From Croceivirga sp. (GTDB taxonomy: Bacteria > Bacteroidota > Bacteroidia > Flavobacteriales > Flavobacteriaceae), in NCBI GenBank assembly GCA_050042945.1, contig JBHJJC010000064.1, positions 4,344-68,343 on the forward strand: a stretch of 64,000 nt of DNA, read 5' to 3'. The notes beneath the pieces were generated by a model. That model made no database searches, was not told where the DNA came from, and saw only the letters and a list, made by a program, of their open reading frames with translations. Shown piece by piece: positions 61,044-64,000 of the stretch (position 1 is the stretch's first letter; each line of letters starts with the position of its first letter). Made by a program: the position numbers and the translations under genes.

Positions 61044-62186
61044 ATGAAGATTGCAATTGTATGTTACCCTACCTTTGGGGGTAGTGGGGTGGTGGCCACT
61101 GAACTTGGTATTGCTTTGGCCGAAAGAGGGCATGAAGTCCATTTTGTTACGTATCAACAACCTGTGCGATTAGGGCTTTTGAACAATAACATTCACTTTC
61201 ACGAGGTTCATGTGCCCGAATACCCTTTGTTTCGATATCAACCTTATGAATTGGCACTATCCAGTAAATTGGTGGATACTATTAAACATTTTGGCATTGA
61301 ACTTTTACATGTGCACTATGCGATTCCGCATGCTTATGCAGGGTATATGGCCAAAAAAATGCTTCTCGAAGAGGATATCTATATTCCTATGATTACAACC
61401 CTTCATGGCACTGATATCACCCTTGTCGGTAATCATCCATTTTACAAATCAGCGGTTACTTTTAGCATAAATAAGTCAGATGTTGTGACCTCGGTTTCGA
61501 GTGATCTTAAACAGAAAACACTTGAAATTTTTGATGTTCATAAAGAGATAGAGGTGATACCCAACTTTATCGAGCCAAAAAAGTATAGCAATGCTTTTAC
61601 AGATTGTCAACGATCCTTAATGGCCTCTGATGATGAAAAGATCATTACGCATATCAGTAATTTCAGAAAAGTAAAGCGTATTGCTGATGTGGTTGCCATT
61701 TTCCATGAGGTTCAAAAAGAGATTCCCTCTAAGTTGATAATGGTGGGAGAAGGTCCTGAGAAAGAAAAAGCAGAGCTACAGTGCGAGCGGCTGGGAATTG
61801 AAGACAAAGTTCTTTTTCTAGGAAACAGTAATGAAATCGATAGGATTCTCTGTTTCTCCGATTTGTTTCTACTACCATCTGAGACAGAAAGCTTTGGATT
61901 GGCCGCCCTTGAGGCAATGGCCAACAAGGTAGCGGTGATATCAAGTAATGCAGGAGGTATTCCTGAAGTAAACAAACATGGTGAGAGCGGACTTCTAAGT
62001 GATGTTGGAGATATTGATGACATGGCCAAAAACGCCATATATCTTCTCTCTGACGAGAATAGATTGGAAACTTTTAAGGCCAATGCGAAAAAACTATCCA
62101 AAGAATTTGAGATGAAAAACATCTTGCCTTTGTATGAAGAGGTTTATGCAAAAGCTTATAGTTCAAGGTTCAAAAACTCGTATTGA
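61044..62186 (+). CDS. bshA: N-acetyl-alpha-D-glucosaminyl L-malate synthase (bacillithiol biosynthesis)
   Basis: MKIAIVCYPTFGGSGVVATELG, TLHGTDI and ESFGLAALEAMA are present, and the size is typical. Confidence 0.85.
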   Translation: MKIAIVCYPTFGGSGVVATELGIALAERGHEVHFVTYQQPVRLGLLNNNIHFHEVHVPEYPLFRYQPYELALSSKLVDTIKHFGIELLHVHYAIPHAYAGYMAKKMLLEEDIYIPMITTLHGTDITLVGNHPFYKSAVTFSINKSDVVTSVSSDLKQKTLEIFDVHKEIEVIPNFIEPKKYSNAFTDCQRSLMASDDEKIITHISNFRKVKRIADVVAIFHEVQKEIPSKLIMVGEGPEKEKAELQCERLGIEDKVLFLGNSNEIDRILCFSDLFLLPSETESFGLAALEAMANKVAVISSNAGGIPEVNKHGESGLLSDVGDIDDMAKNAIYLLSDENRLETFKANAKKLSKEFEMKNILPLYEEVYAKAYSSRFKNSY

Positions 62187-62690
62187 TGAGGTACTTCCTC
62201 TTTTGTTTAGTCCGCAATTGCATTGGTCTTGCAAAAGTAAAAAACAAGGAATGTTAAGTGATAATCAACTTGAATTATAGATACAAGAGAGATGTTTCTA
62301 ACTGAAAACCCACAATTGTTGAATGTATTCCGAGAAGGAACTCGGGACCTTATATTCGAAAACCAATCCCACAAGAAAACCCGGTTAGTCCAACCCCATT
62401 TGTGCTACACTAAAACTTTTGGTGTACTTTCACAACCTCCAGCCTAATATATTTATACTTGATTAAAAAGGAACTCGAGGTAGTCAAAGCCTCCAATTTA
62501 GGAACTCCAGTCAGTAAAATTTTTTATTTGGTATATAATAGGACAACTATTTAGTAAGGGGTTGGAGCTATTTAACGATCAACCACTGAAGACTAAAATA
62601 AGGGCTTTGCTCTTATTATCGTTAGCTACATTTTATCTTGAAAAGAGGGAACCGTATTGGGTAAACACTGAAATTTCTAAAAAAAGTCGT

Positions 62691-63473
62691 TTACTTGATT
62701 GAGGTAAAAATCTTTTGCATTTTTTCCAATTCTTCGTCGGCGAGTGTTGGGTCTACCAAAATCCTTCCACTGTGCTCGTCAGTAATAATTTTTTTTCGGG
62801 AAGCAATTTCAACTTGAACCTGAGGGGGAATAGTGAAGAATGATCCCCCTGAAGCACCACGCTCAATCGGCACAACGGCCAGCCCATTTTTTACACTACC
62901 TCTGATTCTTTTGTATGCTTTGACCAAACGCACTTCTATCTTCTCTTCATACTCCTCTGATTTCTTTAGAAGTGTAGATTCCTCTTTTTCAGTCTCTGCC
63001 ATGATGGCATCAAGTTCTCCTTTTTTGTGCTTTAGATGTGTCTCACGTTCCGAAAGGTTTTCCTTGGTCTGAGAAATAACCTCTTTCTTTTGTTCGATTT
63101 GCCCTTTGAATTCTTTGATGTGCTTTTCAGCGAGTTGAATTTCCAATTCTTGGAACTCTACCTCTTTGCTCAATGAATTGAACTCTCTACTGTTTCGAAC
63201 ATTTTTTTGCTGCTCAGCGTATTTTTTGATTAAAACCTTAGACTCTTCAATAAGATTTTTCTTGGCGGTAATTTCAAAATTTATGGTCTCTACATCAGAC
63301 TTTAACTTGTCGATTCGGGTCTTCAGTCCAAGAACCTCATCTTCTAAGTCTTCCACTTCCAAAGGAAGTTCACCTCTTACATTGCGTATTTCATCAACTC
63401 TGGAATCAATTAACTGAAGGTCATATATCGCCCTAAACTTTTCTTCGACAGTTCTTTCTTTCTTTTTGGCCAT
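62691..63473 (-). CDS. COG1579-type coiled-coil protein (normally 'zinc-ribbon domain' protein), cysteine-free variant
   Basis: A long heptad-rich coiled coil ends in AVVPIERGASGGSFFTIPPQ...IITDEHSGRILV. It is co-oriented with, and 3 nt from, the Nif3 gene. Confidence 0.7.
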   Translation of the reverse strand: MAKKKERTVEEKFRAIYDLQLIDSRVDEIRNVRGELPLEVEDLEDEVLGLKTRIDKLKSDVETINFEITAKKNLIEESKVLIKKYAEQQKNVRNSREFNSLSKEVEFQELEIQLAEKHIKEFKGQIEQKKEVISQTKENLSERETHLKHKKGELDAIMAETEKEESTLLKKSEEYEEKIEVRLVKAYKRIRGSVKNGLAVVPIERGASGGSFFTIPPQVQVEIASRKKIITDEHSGRILVDPTLADEELEKMQKIFTSIK

Positions 63474-63476
63474 AAA

Positions 63477-64000
63477 TTAAAAATACTTGATTGGATTAGT
63501 AATACTTTCCGATAAAGTGACGGCAAAATTAGGAATTTTTTCCTTAAGAAAATCAACCAAAAGGTTTTTTGTAAACTGCTCTGTTTCAAAGTGTCCGATA
63601 TCTGCAATGACCATGCTGTTTTCAGCTTCATAAAATTGGTGATATTTGATATCAGCAGTTACAAATATATCAGCACCAGCGTTTCTGGCCGTTGCAATGG
63701 CGAAAGCGCCGCTACCCCCTAAAACGGCTACTTTTTCAATATTTTTTCCCAATAGAGGGCTATGCCTTACAATTTCGGCGTTCATTCTTTGTTTGAGCAT
63801 TGCTAAAAAGTCCATTTCACTTTTCGGATGGGCTAACTTACCTATCATACCCATACCAATTTGCTGATTTACATTGTCAAGGGTGGTAACTTCATAGGCG
63901 ACTTCTTCATAAGGATGTATCTCGAACAATACTTTTAAAATGCGTTTCTCTATTGAAGCTGAAAAAGTAATAGTGAGCTGTATTTCATCCTCAAAATGGG
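63477..64000 (-). CDS. Nif3-like dinuclear-metal-centre protein (GTP cyclohydrolase I type 2 homologue), N-terminus beyond the window
   Basis: VAVLGGSGAF, ADIFVTADIKYHQF and IADIGHFETE are present. The track start at 63929 is a TTG, but the frame stays open to nt 64000 (...HFEDEIQLTITFSASIEKRILKV-). Confidence 0.85.
   Translation of the reverse strand, partial: HFEDEIQLTITFSASIEKRILKVLFEIHPYEEVAYEVTTLDNVNQQIGMGMIGKLAHPKSEMDFLAMLKQRMNAEIVRHSPLLGKNIEKVAVLGGSGAFAIATARNAGADIFVTADIKYHQFYEAENSMVIADIGHFETEQFTKNLLVDFLKEKIPNFAVTLSESITNPIKYF

Noticed and set aside
62187-62690. Possible structured RNA gene (RNase P RNA, tmRNA, SRP RNA or tRNA) in the long convergent spacer.
   Set aside because: I looked on both strands for GAGGAAAGTCCGG / ACAGAA..CCGGCTTA, GGAAGCAGC, the tmRNA 3' end and a GGTTCGA T-loop, and found none. 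Only weak AT-rich hairpins are present.

Overview
The window reads as a chromosomal segment of a low-GC Gram-negative bacterium, probably Bacteroidota and Flavobacteriia-like. This placement is inferred from gene content: a TonB receptor with a CarboxypepD_reg-type N-terminus, BshA, TamB and LptD-like outer-membrane genes, DUF4159, and TAnnTTTG-like -7 boxes. There are three blocks. (i) 1-8.05 kb holds small accessory genes: an AraC/GyrI regulator pair, a membrane LytTR regulator, an S41 peptidase, secreted DJ-1/PfpI, a GDPD lipoprotein and a deoxyribonucleotidase. (ii) 8.0-32.2 kb is a ~24-kb nonribosomal-peptide island. It carries three synthetases that all begin with a C domain (C-A-T, C-A-T-T-E, C-T-TE), a free-standing acyl-CoA-dehydrogenase/adenylation/carrier-protein cassette, GT1 glycosyltransferase, membrane acyltransferase-3, a FemAB-like transferase, an Sfp-type PPTase, a HupE/UreJ metal-transporter homologue, a His-rich small protein and a TonB-dependent receptor. 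The whole island is bracketed by an imperfect 140-bp direct repeat that duplicates the junction of the two flanking genes. (iii) 32.1-64 kb is mostly housekeeping: esterase, cyanophycinase, VanX-like dipeptidase, rsmE, tsaD, tamB, pfkA, gap, RidA, LptD-like, amidase, MlaD, Fe-S oxidoreductase pair, GH3/beta-lactamase fusion, bshA, Nif3. In block iii, tamB and a BadF/BadG-type sugar kinase are each interrupted by a single in-frame stop codon. By eye I could not recognise any rRNA, tRNA, CRISPR array, integrase or transposase. All product calls come from motifs read in the supplied translations; no database search was run.
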